The notes under the pieces are model-generated. The model saw nothing but the letters and a program-made list of their open reading frames with translations, had not been told where the DNA came from and did not search any database. A stretch of DNA of 64,000 nucleotides from an uncultured bacterium (lineage in GTDB: Bacteria; Acidobacteriota; Aminicenantia; UBA2199), in assembly GCA_965371805.1 (NCBI GenBank), contig CBDUZW010000007.1, positions 56,119 to 120,118 of the forward strand, read 5' to 3'. Position numbers and translations under genes: made by a program. The number at the start of each line of letters is the position of its first letter. Position 1 is the stretch's first letter. Below are positions 42,769 through 52,362 of the stretch, piece after piece.

Positions 42769-42927
42769 ATGGATTTTCAACAAATTATAGTATCAGTTAT
42801 AGTAGCATCAGCCATTGTTTTTACAATCTACAGTTTTGTTAAAACAATATTCAAAAAAGATAAAAATGCCAGTTCATGTGGTACTTGTCCATACAGTACT
42901 AAAGAAGGCGCCTGTACTAAGAATTAA
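42769..42927 (+). CDS. FeoB-associated Cys-rich small membrane protein
   Basis: MDFQQIIVSVIVASAIVFTIYSF (TM helix) followed by CGTCPY…GACTKN. It lies immediately after feoB. The ORF track extends it to 42703, but the MDFQQ start at 42769 is more plausible. Confidence 0.55.
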   Translation: MDFQQIIVSVIVASAIVFTIYSFVKTIFKKDKNASSCGTCPYSTKEGACTKN

Positions 42928-43006
42928 ATATATTTTTTCAAACATATAAATTTGAAAAATTAAATATGAATGAAAAATATGATATAAAAACATCAGGAGA
43001 AATTAA

Positions 43007-44059
43007 ATGAAATTATACTATTTATTTTTACTTATTCTTATGTTTTCTATATCATGCTCAAAACCGGATAATACTAAATTAGTAAAAAAATCAAGTGACC
43101 AATTGAAAGATGGACTCTATGCAGATTTGGACACTCAAAAAGGTAAGATATTAATAGAGTTGGAATTTAAGAATGCTCCTTTAAGTGTTACAAATTTTGT
43201 TGGTCTTGCTGAAGGAACAATAAAAAACAAACATAAAAATCGTGGTATTCCATTTTATGATGGTGTTAGTTTTCACAGGATAGTTGATAATTTTGTTATT
43301 CAAACTGGTGACCCGCAGGGAGATGGAGAAGGCGGTCCAGGATACAGTTTCCCGATTGAGTTAACACCTGAATTAAAACATGACGTTGCTGGCACAGTAG
43401 GAATGGCACGTGACACGAACCCGGATTCAAATGGGAGTCAATTTTACATAACCCATAGGGCAACTCCCCATCTGGATGAAAGCTATATTGTATTCGGCAA
43501 AGTAATTAAAGGTCTAAAAACTGTAAATAAAATTAAAAAAGGGGATATTTTAAAAGCTGTCAAAATAATCAGGATCGGAAAAACAGCACAAGAATTTAAA
43601 GCAGATGATCCGAAATTTGCAATATTAAAAGAAATACAACTTAATAAAAATAGAATCAGAATTCAGCAAAACAAACTTTATGTAAAAAAAAGAACAGAGC
43701 AAATTCTTACAATTTTAAAAGAGAGTAAGATGAATAAAACAACGAGTGGGTTGGAATATATTATAATTAAAAATGGAAATGGCAGAAAGATAAAAGAGGA
43801 TAAAACCCATAAGGCTCAATTTATTGGTTTCACTAAAGACAAAAAAACAATTAGAAGTTCATACCTTAAAGGTGTCCCCTACCTTTTTAGACTTAAGTCA
43901 GAAACTTTAAATAAAGGGTTAAAAGAATCATTTCAAGATATGACCTTAGGTGAGAAAAGAATAGTAATAATCCCACCCCATTTAAATATAGATCAGACAA
44001 AAACAAAGAAAGATAGAATCAAAACGAATATGATCTATGAACTTGAATTGATTCTATAA
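43007..44059 (+). CDS. Lipoprotein peptidyl-prolyl isomerase with cyclophilin and FKBP-like domains
   Basis: Lipobox …FSISCS. It has a cyclophilin core (FHRIVDNFVIQTGDPQGDGEGGPGYSFPIE) and an FKBP-like C-terminal domain (GLEYIIIKNGNG…GEKRIVIIPP). Confidence 0.8.
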   Translation: MKLYYLFLLILMFSISCSKPDNTKLVKKSSDQLKDGLYADLDTQKGKILIELEFKNAPLSVTNFVGLAEGTIKNKHKNRGIPFYDGVSFHRIVDNFVIQTGDPQGDGEGGPGYSFPIELTPELKHDVAGTVGMARDTNPDSNGSQFYITHRATPHLDESYIVFGKVIKGLKTVNKIKKGDILKAVKIIRIGKTAQEFKADDPKFAILKEIQLNKNRIRIQQNKLYVKKRTEQILTILKESKMNKTTSGLEYIIIKNGNGRKIKEDKTHKAQFIGFTKDKKTIRSSYLKGVPYLFRLKSETLNKGLKESFQDMTLGEKRIVIIPPHLNIDQTKTKKDRIKTNMIYELELIL

Positions 44060-44127
44060 ATTATTCTATTTCAAATAAATAGTACTGAGTATTTTTCAGA
44101 TACTTATTCTTTTATGTTAATTCAATT

Positions 44128-45420
44128 CTATTTTGCAACTGCAGGTCTTACCGGTGGTTTGGTAAAAAACCATAAAATCATACCTACGACGCAGGAAACG
44201 GCTATAAAATAAAACGCTTTATTCCAATCAGCTCTTTCAAGACTTCCACCAACCAGTACTTTAGCCACTTGTGGACCAAAATATCCTGCTGCCCCCCATC
44301 CTGTATAAACCCATGCATAATTTAAACCAACATTTTTTAAACCATAATAATCTGCTGTTATTGAAGGCATTGTCCCTAAAAAACCACCATAAGAAAATCC
44401 CATTAAGGATACCCCAATCGCATAAACTAAATATGAATTTGCATTGGGCAAGACAAATACCAGGGCGATTAGTTGGAGTGCAAATGCGACATATATCACA
44501 TTTTTCCTGCCTATTTTATCAGACAGGGAACCTAAAACAGGTCTTCCCAGGCCATTAAATATGCCCAATACCATAATGACTGAACCTGCAATGACAGGTG
44601 TTAACAGAACAATATTTTGTCCAAATGGCGATGCCTGAGAAATAACCATAAGTCCGCCCCCTGTTCCAATTAAAAACACCAGCCAGATCAGATAGAAAGG
44701 GAGAGTGCTCAGCATCTCTTTCGCTGAATAATTATATGAAGTAGCAGTATTCTTGATTTTATTAGTTGACGCTTTAATTTTATTTTTTAACTTTGCTGAT
44801 AAAGGTGGTGTATACCCCTCTGGAGGATTTTTAAGAATGAGTCCGCAAGCAGTGATAATTGTTCCGAACACCAATCCAAATATAAGAAATGTATTCCAGA
44901 CACCAAATTTTTCTATGAGTATCGGTCCGCCCATACCACCAAAAATAGACCCGGCGCCCATTCCCATTACAACTAACCCACTCATAAGTCCCCGTTTTTC
45001 CGGATACCATTTTAATGCTGTGGCAAGTGGCGTTACATACCCTGCCCCCATTCCAATGCCTGCAATTAGAGAGAAAGAAATTATCATTCCAACCTGGGTA
45101 TCTCCAATAAATTTTATTAAAATAAATCCTAACCCCATCATAATTCCTGAGAAAACTGCAACAGGTTTTGGTCCTACTTTATCCTGCCATCTTCCTGCAA
45201 ATACCATAGCAATTGTAAAGATTACGATACTCAGCTGAAACGGCAGTGTCGTCTGGTCGGATGTCCACCCTAACTTCTGTAAGGGTTTCGCAAAAACTGA
45301 CCATGAATATACATTTCCAATACATAACATCATAAATATCCCGGCAATAGGATATTTTATCCTTCCTTTCACATTTGTAGTTTCTTTAGTACTTTCATTT
45401 TTAACGTTGTTCATTGACAT
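44128..45420 (-). CDS. MFS transporter, oxalate/formate antiporter (OFA) family
   Basis: 430 aa with 12 predicted TM helices. The N-terminal …YPIAGIFMMLCIGNVYSWSVF… segment is typical of OFA family members. Confidence 0.75.
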   Translation of the reverse strand: MSMNNVKNESTKETTNVKGRIKYPIAGIFMMLCIGNVYSWSVFAKPLQKLGWTSDQTTLPFQLSIVIFTIAMVFAGRWQDKVGPKPVAVFSGIMMGLGFILIKFIGDTQVGMIISFSLIAGIGMGAGYVTPLATALKWYPEKRGLMSGLVVMGMGAGSIFGGMGGPILIEKFGVWNTFLIFGLVFGTIITACGLILKNPPEGYTPPLSAKLKNKIKASTNKIKNTATSYNYSAKEMLSTLPFYLIWLVFLIGTGGGLMVISQASPFGQNIVLLTPVIAGSVIMVLGIFNGLGRPVLGSLSDKIGRKNVIYVAFALQLIALVFVLPNANSYLVYAIGVSLMGFSYGGFLGTMPSITADYYGLKNVGLNYAWVYTGWGAAGYFGPQVAKVLVGGSLERADWNKAFYFIAVSCVVGMILWFFTKPPVRPAVAK

Positions 45421-45657
45421 AAAATAACTCCTTTATTTAAATATAACTGTAATACTAAGACATTTAAAATATTCAAGTCTAAGTTCAACATCTTCAACAA
45501 AAAAAATCCTGTCTGAATTATTGACAATTACAATTTAACTACTATTTATATATATCTCGATGACTTTCTGGCTTTAATTCATTCTATATATTAATAAAAA
45601 TCATTATACTATATCCTGATGATAAAGTCTGTATATTGAATTGATAATATAAATGAA

Positions 45658-47898
45658 CTATCTTAAAGAAAATGTATATATTTTTTTTGTTTCATGTTTT
45701 GCATAATCTCTTACTTTGATCGTTATTACATTTTTTCCTTTTCTTAAGGCACTTAAATCTTTAATCCTGACCCTGCTCCAGTCCGGATCAAATTCATCCT
45801 CGATTTGCTTTCCATTTAAGGTTATCTCGATGGTATTATCATTTATACCTTTTCCCCTGTCAGTCAATATTACAGTCAGAAATTTTACAGACTTTATTTT
45901 CTTTCTTTTAGGTTTATAAAACTTTATTTTAGGAGGAAATATATCACGCATTAATGCAAAGGTTCCAGAAGACCTAAGCTTTCTACTGAATGTATTCTTT
46001 GCTTTATTATATATTGAATAGACGGCACCCCATCTCTTTCTTTTATGATTATATTTAAAAATACTTACTTGAAATGGTTTTGGGACCTCTTTCTTTATTT
46101 TATAATTTACAATATCCAGAAAGGGAAAATGATAAGGGCTCAAGTCAAATTGAGTAGAAAGTATGGGAAATTTAGACTCAAGAAGTACCTTTTTTACAAG
46201 CAGGTTCCGGGGCTCTCTAACACTCTTTTTAGCAAAATATGCCTCAAACTCATCCCATTGAAAGTTTTGTGTTTTTCCAAATTCCAGCGGGATAATTTTA
46301 ATGTTTTTTGACATCTTTGAATATATCTTACCATTATTTTTCAAAGAGAAGTTTAACATCAAATCTGTTTCACTATTCAATGGTTTAAATACAAAATATA
46401 TGCCATCTTTACTGAAATTTGGATCTATCTCAAGTTCATCACTTCCCTGTATTACTTTTAATGCTATATTTTCAGATGTAATTTTCTTATTTATAATTTT
46501 AATATATATATCATCTCTATTGATAATCGTCTCAAAAACAACATCTTTATTTTCGGACCATTCAGCACTATTTATTGAAAACTTTTTTTCGAAATATACA
46601 GACTCATTTTTTTTTATTTTAAACTGAACAAACTTTACATCCTCATTATGAACATTCAATCTTAAATTTCTATCTAAAATCACTTCATTTGAGTCCATAC
46701 TTCCTTTAAACAGGACTGCAAATTGTTCATCTAATAATCTTACTTCAATTTTATCAGAACCGGTACAATCAAACTCTTTGATGCTAATTACTATTGACCC
46801 CTTCTCCAATTCTATATTTCCGACGCTTATAACCGGATTCTTTACTTTGGTAAAAGGAATATTTCCAGTCGAAAAATTGCCAAAATAATCAGTTACTTTG
46901 ATACTGAGTCGGTGTCGTCCCAATTGCAGGTTATTAATAACATCGTTTAAGTAAGTTTTTCTTTTTTCTAGATCAAATCCTTTCTGAAAGAACAGATTAT
47001 AGAAGTAAAAACTTGAGCTGGTTTTAAAAAGATCAAACATAAACCCTATTTGGTTATTATCATCTCCTATGAAAAGATCATTCTGTATTTCAAAATATGG
47101 TGTCCCATCTATTGAAGCAATGATATTATAAGGAGATACCCTATGACCTGAGTCATTGACATCAAATGTATTTAAAATAATATCGAATGCGCCTGTAATA
47201 ATCAGAGGTTGTTCTAATTTATAATTTCCCGTTCCATCAGATATAAATTTAAAAAAATGACTTCCTATTTCCCCATCAATGAGTGACCTTCCAAAAGGTT
47301 TAAATATTGCAGCCCTTATAACAGGCAATTTAATGTCATTTCCTGGATATTCAAAAAACGGCAATGAATTGACTGCTCTATACTTTTCATCTCTAACCTC
47401 AACATGGAGATGCGGATATCCAGAACCAGTCTGCCCTGAAAACCCAATTATTTCACCTTTTTTATAGAATAATTTAGTAGTTAAAAAATAATTTCCAAAA
47501 TATTTTTTCCCTTTTTTTTTTTGAACACTTCTTAATATATTTTCCAATTTTTGTTCAAATCTATCTAGATGAAAATATGTAGAAACTCTCTGGTCTTTAT
47601 GTTTAAGAAATAATGCTCTTCCACTGCCCCGCTTTACAACTCTTATCTTATATATTTCACCATCAGAAATTGCATGAACCGGATATCCTGTTTTTTGATA
47701 TGTCTTAAGATCAAGACCTGCATGGAAATGCCCTCCCCTGTATTCTTGAAACGTAGCACTTAGTCCATTAAAAATCTTAAGAGGCCATTGATATTTAACT
47801 TGATCTTCAGTATAAATTTGTGATATAAAAACAAGATTGAGGAAAACAAAAAAAAAAATAGACTTAGTTCTTATTGATTGACTTTCTGCGGTCTCCAT
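45658..47898 (-). CDS. Large secreted M23 (LytM-type) metallopeptidase-domain protein
   Basis: Has a signal peptide. HFHAGLD (HxxxD) and HLHVEV (HxH) motifs lie in the first ~170 aa. About 570 aa of C-terminal beta-rich sequence of unknown function follows. Confidence 0.7.
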   Translation of the reverse strand: METAESQSIRTKSIFFFVFLNLVFISQIYTEDQVKYQWPLKIFNGLSATFQEYRGGHFHAGLDLKTYQKTGYPVHAISDGEIYKIRVVKRGSGRALFLKHKDQRVSTYFHLDRFEQKLENILRSVQKKKGKKYFGNYFLTTKLFYKKGEIIGFSGQTGSGYPHLHVEVRDEKYRAVNSLPFFEYPGNDIKLPVIRAAIFKPFGRSLIDGEIGSHFFKFISDGTGNYKLEQPLIITGAFDIILNTFDVNDSGHRVSPYNIIASIDGTPYFEIQNDLFIGDDNNQIGFMFDLFKTSSSFYFYNLFFQKGFDLEKRKTYLNDVINNLQLGRHRLSIKVTDYFGNFSTGNIPFTKVKNPVISVGNIELEKGSIVISIKEFDCTGSDKIEVRLLDEQFAVLFKGSMDSNEVILDRNLRLNVHNEDVKFVQFKIKKNESVYFEKKFSINSAEWSENKDVVFETIINRDDIYIKIINKKITSENIALKVIQGSDELEIDPNFSKDGIYFVFKPLNSETDLMLNFSLKNNGKIYSKMSKNIKIIPLEFGKTQNFQWDEFEAYFAKKSVREPRNLLVKKVLLESKFPILSTQFDLSPYHFPFLDIVNYKIKKEVPKPFQVSIFKYNHKRKRWGAVYSIYNKAKNTFSRKLRSSGTFALMRDIFPPKIKFYKPKRKKIKSVKFLTVILTDRGKGINDNTIEITLNGKQIEDEFDPDWSRVRIKDLSALRKGKNVITIKVRDYAKHETKKIYTFSLR

Positions 47899-47903
47899 AG
47901 ATA

Positions 47904-48845
47904 TTATTTCTCAATAACCTTTAAATCTATAAGTATATTTTTCTCAATAAGTGTTTTAAGATCATTATATTTCATATATTTTTTTTCGGTAAACTGCAAA
48001 AAACTCCGGTTTAGAATACCGGTATTATTATTTATGAATATCCATCCCTTTAGGGAAGAAGAAAGTACTTTCTTATCCGGACTTTTTGGGTTTTTTGGAA
48101 TAATAAGAGTATTCAATTTGTTTTTTGTAAGAGAATCTATCGCGTATTCGCCTTCAAACGGAAACTGTGAAGAAAAAGATTGTCCAATTTTTTTTGCACT
48201 CTCGGGATAATTTAAAAAAAAGTAGCCAATGATAATTCTTATTTTTTCAAGATATTCATCTGTCAAAATAGATTTCAATGACTCATTTTCTTTAAAAAAA
48301 AGATCAAAGTCTATGCCAATTAATCCAAAATCTGAAGTTTTAATAGGTATCTCTTTACCTATAATCGAATCAAGGATTTTTATCTGGGGATTTAAATGTT
48401 TCTCATTATTTCCTGAATTATAGTCGACATTAACTCCTGGCCCGGGTGTATTTATACTGAGTTTAGCTATCTTGAAATTGAATAATGTCCCTTCCGCATC
48501 TTTCCCTGTTTTCGATAAACTTCCACTAAAATTAAAATCAGTAGGAATCGTAATGAATTTTTTCTGATCTTTCGTGTCAGGCATTATCTTAATTTCAATT
48601 TCAATATTCCCGTCAAACTCAAATAATTTTCCATCAGGAATATTGTCAAAAGAATATTTTATTAATACAGGCTCTACAGGTTTTAATCCCGTTTCAGGTT
48701 TGTCGCTTCTCTTCAGTACGGTTTCCAGCTGTTCATTTTTTACTTTATTAGAACAGGAAAAAAGAAAAACTACCAAAACAATTGAAACCATTAATAACAT
48801 TTTTTTATTTAAAAACATATATTTCTCCAAGATCAATAAAGTCAA
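47904..48845 (-). CDS. Hypothetical lipoprotein
   Basis: Lipobox LFSCSNK. Size is 313 aa. It ends 6 nt before the M23 gene start, so the two are probably co-transcribed. Confidence 0.45.
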   Translation of the reverse strand: MTLLILEKYMFLNKKMLLMVSIVLVVFLFSCSNKVKNEQLETVLKRSDKPETGLKPVEPVLIKYSFDNIPDGKLFEFDGNIEIEIKIMPDTKDQKKFITIPTDFNFSGSLSKTGKDAEGTLFNFKIAKLSINTPGPGVNVDYNSGNNEKHLNPQIKILDSIIGKEIPIKTSDFGLIGIDFDLFFKENESLKSILTDEYLEKIRIIIGYFFLNYPESAKKIGQSFSSQFPFEGEYAIDSLTKNKLNTLIIPKNPKSPDKKVLSSSLKGWIFINNNTGILNRSFLQFTEKKYMKYNDLKTLIEKNILIDLKVIEK

Positions 48846-48884
48846 TTATAGCATATATCAGAGAAAAGTTGTAATATAATAATA

Positions 48885-49325
48885 ATGATGATATCATTCA
48901 ATATAGGAGCAAAAATGAGTATTGAAAAAATTACAGAAGAACTTATAAATATTAGAAAAGATGCAGCTGAAATATCTAGTGGAGTTCTTGAACCACTCCC
49001 CTATGAAAATGATAATAGAAACACATGGATAGAAATAGAAAACCCTGAGTTTACCTCTCTATGTCCAAAAACCGGTTTACCTGATTTTGGAAAAATAAAA
49101 ATCTCATATCTTCCTAATAAACATATAGTAGAATTAAAATCTTTAAAATACTATTTCCTCCAATTTAGAAATGCAGGGATCTTCTATGAAAATCTAACTA
49201 AAATGATCCTCTCACATCTGGTAGCTGTATTAAAACCTTTTGAATTAAAGGTTGAATCAGATTTTTCTTCAAGAGGAGGTATAACATCAAAAGTAATTTC
49301 TAAATATAAAATGGAAGAAAAATAA
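48885..49325 (+). CDS. queF: NADPH-dependent 7-cyano-7-deazaguanine reductase QueF (type I)
   Basis: EFTSLCPKTGLPDFGKIKISY (catalytic Cys motif) and ELKSLKYYFLQFRN (QueF motif). The true start is probably MSIEKI at ~48915. Confidence 0.85.
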   Translation: MMISFNIGAKMSIEKITEELINIRKDAAEISSGVLEPLPYENDNRNTWIEIENPEFTSLCPKTGLPDFGKIKISYLPNKHIVELKSLKYYFLQFRNAGIFYENLTKMILSHLVAVLKPFELKVESDFSSRGGITSKVISKYKMEEK

Positions 49326-49327
49326 GA

Positions 49328-50131
49328 ATGGACTATCAGGAATATATAAATATATTTAAAACTAAGAATGAATATATTACAAAAACCAGTTCCAAACCAT
49401 CTTTTATTCACAAAATAATCAGAAAGAATAAATTCTGGTTCTATTATAGATTTGCAAGAGTTATAATAAATGGAGCAAATGTCGCAAAAAAAGGACTTTA
49501 TGATAAAGCTGCATGGATAGTAAATTCTCTAAATAATGTTATGCTGATTGAGCAGAGTGGAGGAGAATTTCATATTGAAGGTATGGAAAATCTTAGAGAA
49601 GATACTGACAAAGGAATGGTTATAGTTGCAAATCATATGAGTACACTTGAGACAGTTGTTTTACCTTCAATCATCCAGACAAATAGAAATGTTACCTTCG
49701 TTGTAAAAGATACTCTTGTAAAGAATAATACCTTTGGTTATATCATGAGAGCTACAGACCCGATAGTTGTCGGAAGAAAAAGCGCAAGAGAAGATCTTGA
49801 GCATGTATTAAAAAGTGGAGAGGAAAAATTAAGAAAAGGAATATCTTTAATCATTTTTCCTCAAAGTACAAGAGACTCAGTTTTTGATCCAAAAGGTTTT
49901 AATACTCTTGGTATAAAGCTTGCAAAACGTGCAAATGTTAAAGTTATTCCATTGGCAATAAAAACAGACTTTTGGGGAAATGGAAAATTTATAAAGGAAA
50001 TCGGAAAAATAGATCCAAAAAAAAAAATATATTTAACCTTTGACAAGCCTATGGGGATAACAGGAAATGGTAAGGAAGAACATAAAAAAATCGTTGATTT
50101 TATAAGTCAAAAACAGGAAGAGTGGAAATAG
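49328..50131 (+). CDS. Lysophospholipid (1-acyl-sn-glycerol-3-phosphate) acyltransferase family protein
   Basis: …VANHMSTLETVV (HX4D/E-like motif) and …FPQSTRD block. Size is 267 aa. It lies 3 nt after queF. Confidence 0.7.
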   Translation: MDYQEYINIFKTKNEYITKTSSKPSFIHKIIRKNKFWFYYRFARVIINGANVAKKGLYDKAAWIVNSLNNVMLIEQSGGEFHIEGMENLREDTDKGMVIVANHMSTLETVVLPSIIQTNRNVTFVVKDTLVKNNTFGYIMRATDPIVVGRKSAREDLEHVLKSGEEKLRKGISLIIFPQSTRDSVFDPKGFNTLGIKLAKRANVKVIPLAIKTDFWGNGKFIKEIGKIDPKKKIYLTFDKPMGITGNGKEEHKKIVDFISQKQEEWK

Positions 50132-50141
50132 ACTTCGTTTC

Positions 50142-50501
50142 TCACTTAATATAATTTAAAAATTTACTTTTATAAAAACTAATACCTGCAATTATCCCAA
50201 TCAAATCAAATAAAATATCCTTTACTGAAAAATTCCGTGTAGGTACGAATAATTGATGTACCTCATCTAAAACACTTAATAAAAGTAAAAAAAGTAAAGA
50301 TAAAAACAGTTTTTTGGATCCTCCATTTTTTACTATCCTCATAAATAAAAAAGATAAGAGAAAGAATTCAATAAAATGAGGAATAATATCAGGAATCCCT
50401 GAAGGCAATTCTGATACAGTTCTCCCAGACATATAAAAGATAATAGAATAGACAAGAGCAAAAGGCATAAAGCGAAATAAAATATATTTAATCATTTTCA
50501 T
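50142..50501 (-). CDS. VanZ-family membrane protein
   Basis: 119 aa with 4 TM helices and a conserved …DEVHQLFVPTR… segment. Confidence 0.65.
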   Translation of the reverse strand: MKMIKYILFRFMPFALVYSIIFYMSGRTVSELPSGIPDIIPHFIEFFLLSFLFMRIVKNGGSKKLFLSLLFLLLLSVLDEVHQLFVPTRNFSVKDILFDLIGIIAGISFYKSKFLNYIK

Positions 50502-50589
50502 CGAATATTATATCACCATCCCCTACCCGAATCAATTTATATAAAACCTGAAATAAGTAACATCTATCGATAAAAAGTGTAGAAATAAG

Positions 50590-50860
50590 GTGTCAGAAGG
50601 TTTTATAAAAAAGTAATAACTATGTCACGGATTTTTGTAAAGTTTTATGGCGCAGAAGGTTTGTGCTTATCGATTCAAAATTTGAAAGTTCAAGCTAAAA
50701 CATCAAATATTCAAATTTGGAAGATGAGAAGTGCGAAAATGCTGTGCCAGAAATTTTTCAAAAAACCACAGGCATACTAATAAGTATGTCGCGGATTTTT
50801 TGGGAACTTTATGGTCAGCAGATTTGTGCTTATCCATTCAAAATTTGAATATTTGATGTT
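50590..50860. repeat. Tandem duplication (~150-160 bp unit, ~1.7 copies) each carrying palindrome TTCAAAATTTGAA
   Basis: 50592-50697 and 50742-50860 align at ~85% identity, for example TATGTCACGGATTTTTG…TTTGTGCTTATCGATTCAAAATTTGAA versus TATGTCGCGGATTTTTTG…TTTGTGCTTATCCATTCAAAATTTGAA. They abut the 3' end of tRNA-Leu. Confidence 0.6.
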
Positions 50861-50862
50861 AA

Positions 50863-50947
50863 TGCCGGAGGAGGGACTTGAACCCTCACAAGGATAAACC
50901 CCGTCGGATTTTGAATCCGGTGCGTCTGCCAATTCCGCCACTCCGGC
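50863..50947 (-). tRNA. tRNA-Leu (anticodon CAA)
   Basis: The reverse complement reads GCCGGAGTGGCGGAATTGGCAGACGCACCGGATTCAAAATCCG…GGTTCAAGTCCCTCCTCCGGCA. It has a 7-bp acceptor stem, anticodon loop UUCAAAA and a long variable arm (type II). No CCA is encoded. Confidence 0.85.
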
Positions 50948-51288
50948 AATAAGTGGTAATTATAGTTCCAATTGAAATATATGTCAATTAGAAAAGTAGT
51001 TGAAAAAAAATTCATTCTATATTTGTAATCGAAATTATAAATTGAAAAGAAAACACTTAAAAACAATGATTAAATGCAAGAATCAAAAAAACAAAACTTC
51101 GTCACCTATCGGCACAAAAGTTACCCGAAGTTTTACTTTTTTATTTATTGTTTTTTATTTTAGATTTTATAGGCAAGTCTATATGTTCGAGCTTTATTTA
51201 AAAATTTCCTTCTTTTGTATTTCACAATCGCTAAGAATTTTAGATAAAATACCAACTCCAATAGTTTCATTTGAATGGAATTTGTTTT

Positions 51289-51326
51289 TGGCCTGACACC
51301 TTTTTCATGACACCTTTTTCAAAACC
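51289..51326 (+). repeat. Direct-repeat motif GCCTGACACCTTTTTCA (tandem 2 copies), left copy
   Basis: GGCCTGACACCTTTTTCATGACACCTTTTTCA occurs here and a third copy lies at 53082-53099. Confidence 0.5.
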
Positions 51327-51821
51327 AGTTGGCAGAATTTTTTGGCACCTCTATCCCAAACATTAGTATGCACTTCCCTAACATATTGAAGGAACAGGGC
51401 TGCAGGAAGTTTCAGTTATTAAGAATTTTTTAACAACTGCCTCAGATGATAAAGAAGGAATATGAGGAACAAAGGTGTTTTTTTTTGGATTCTCTGATTA
51501 AATAAAAATCCTTACTCAAAAGATCTTCTTAGAACTTTTTTAAAGCTTAGTTATTTGTAAAATCTCCATCATAATATAAATAAGATTGTGGAGGAATAAA
51601 ATTTTTATTTAAAAGATAAGGATCCAGTGCATTTTTTTACTTTATAAAAGTACTTATTTTTATTGCTACTCCATCTTCAGTATTTTTATAATAATCGAAA
51701 AATCTTTCCTTTTCAATATACCCGATTGAATTATACTCATCTCATAATTTATCCGGTGTTTCTTTAATAATATTTCCTATTTTTTATCATATATGATAAG
51801 CTACAAACTTAGGAGGATCAG

Positions 51822-52346
51822 ATGATGTCAATGATGGGATTAATGGGTTTTGCGCCCTTTATTATTTATTTTATTGTACCACTTTTCGCCTTTGCCTATA
51901 TTTTTTTAAAATGGCGCTCATACAGAGACGGATTGCCTCAAGATCCTGAACTTGGAAAAAAAGTTATTCTCTACTATTTTAAGACTATCTCATTTCACCT
52001 GATTCTAATTTCACTCACCCTTATTTTTTCAAACCTTTTAAAAGGGGATTTCAAAGATAATTTTTTATCCGGAATTGGAATCTTGATCGGAAGCTCAATA
52101 ATATATACAATTCACATTTTTATAATAAACAAGATTTTTAATAACACTCAGACTTATTTTGTCTCCAGATTCTATAATGGTTTTAACTTTGTTTTAGTTG
52201 GTCTTATAGGTATGACCGGTATTATCGTTACGACTACTTTACTTGTGAAAGGGAAATTCGTTGATCTTCAGCTGCCAATTTCAGCATTAATTATTTATGG
52301 AACAGCATGGGTTTGGCTGGGATCAACTTTTATCAAGAAAAAGTAA
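51822..52346 (+). CDS. Hypothetical 4-TM membrane protein
   Basis: 174 aa with a good RBS (AGGAGGA). It is flanked by the direct repeats. Confidence 0.5.
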   Translation: MMSMMGLMGFAPFIIYFIVPLFAFAYIFLKWRSYRDGLPQDPELGKKVILYYFKTISFHLILISLTLIFSNLLKGDFKDNFLSGIGILIGSSIIYTIHIFIINKIFNNTQTYFVSRFYNGFNFVLVGLIGMTGIIVTTTLLVKGKFVDLQLPISALIIYGTAWVWLGSTFIKKK

Positions 52347-52362
52347 TATAGGATAAATCAAA

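Noticed and set aside
44271-45238. ORFs antisense to the MFS transporter gene
   Set aside because: They are antisense in a confident 12-TM CDS and Pro/Ile-rich artefacts.
50830-51066. 78-aa ORF on minus strand
   Set aside because: It overlaps the tRNA-Leu gene and the AT-rich flank. It is an artefact of an open frame through an RNA gene.
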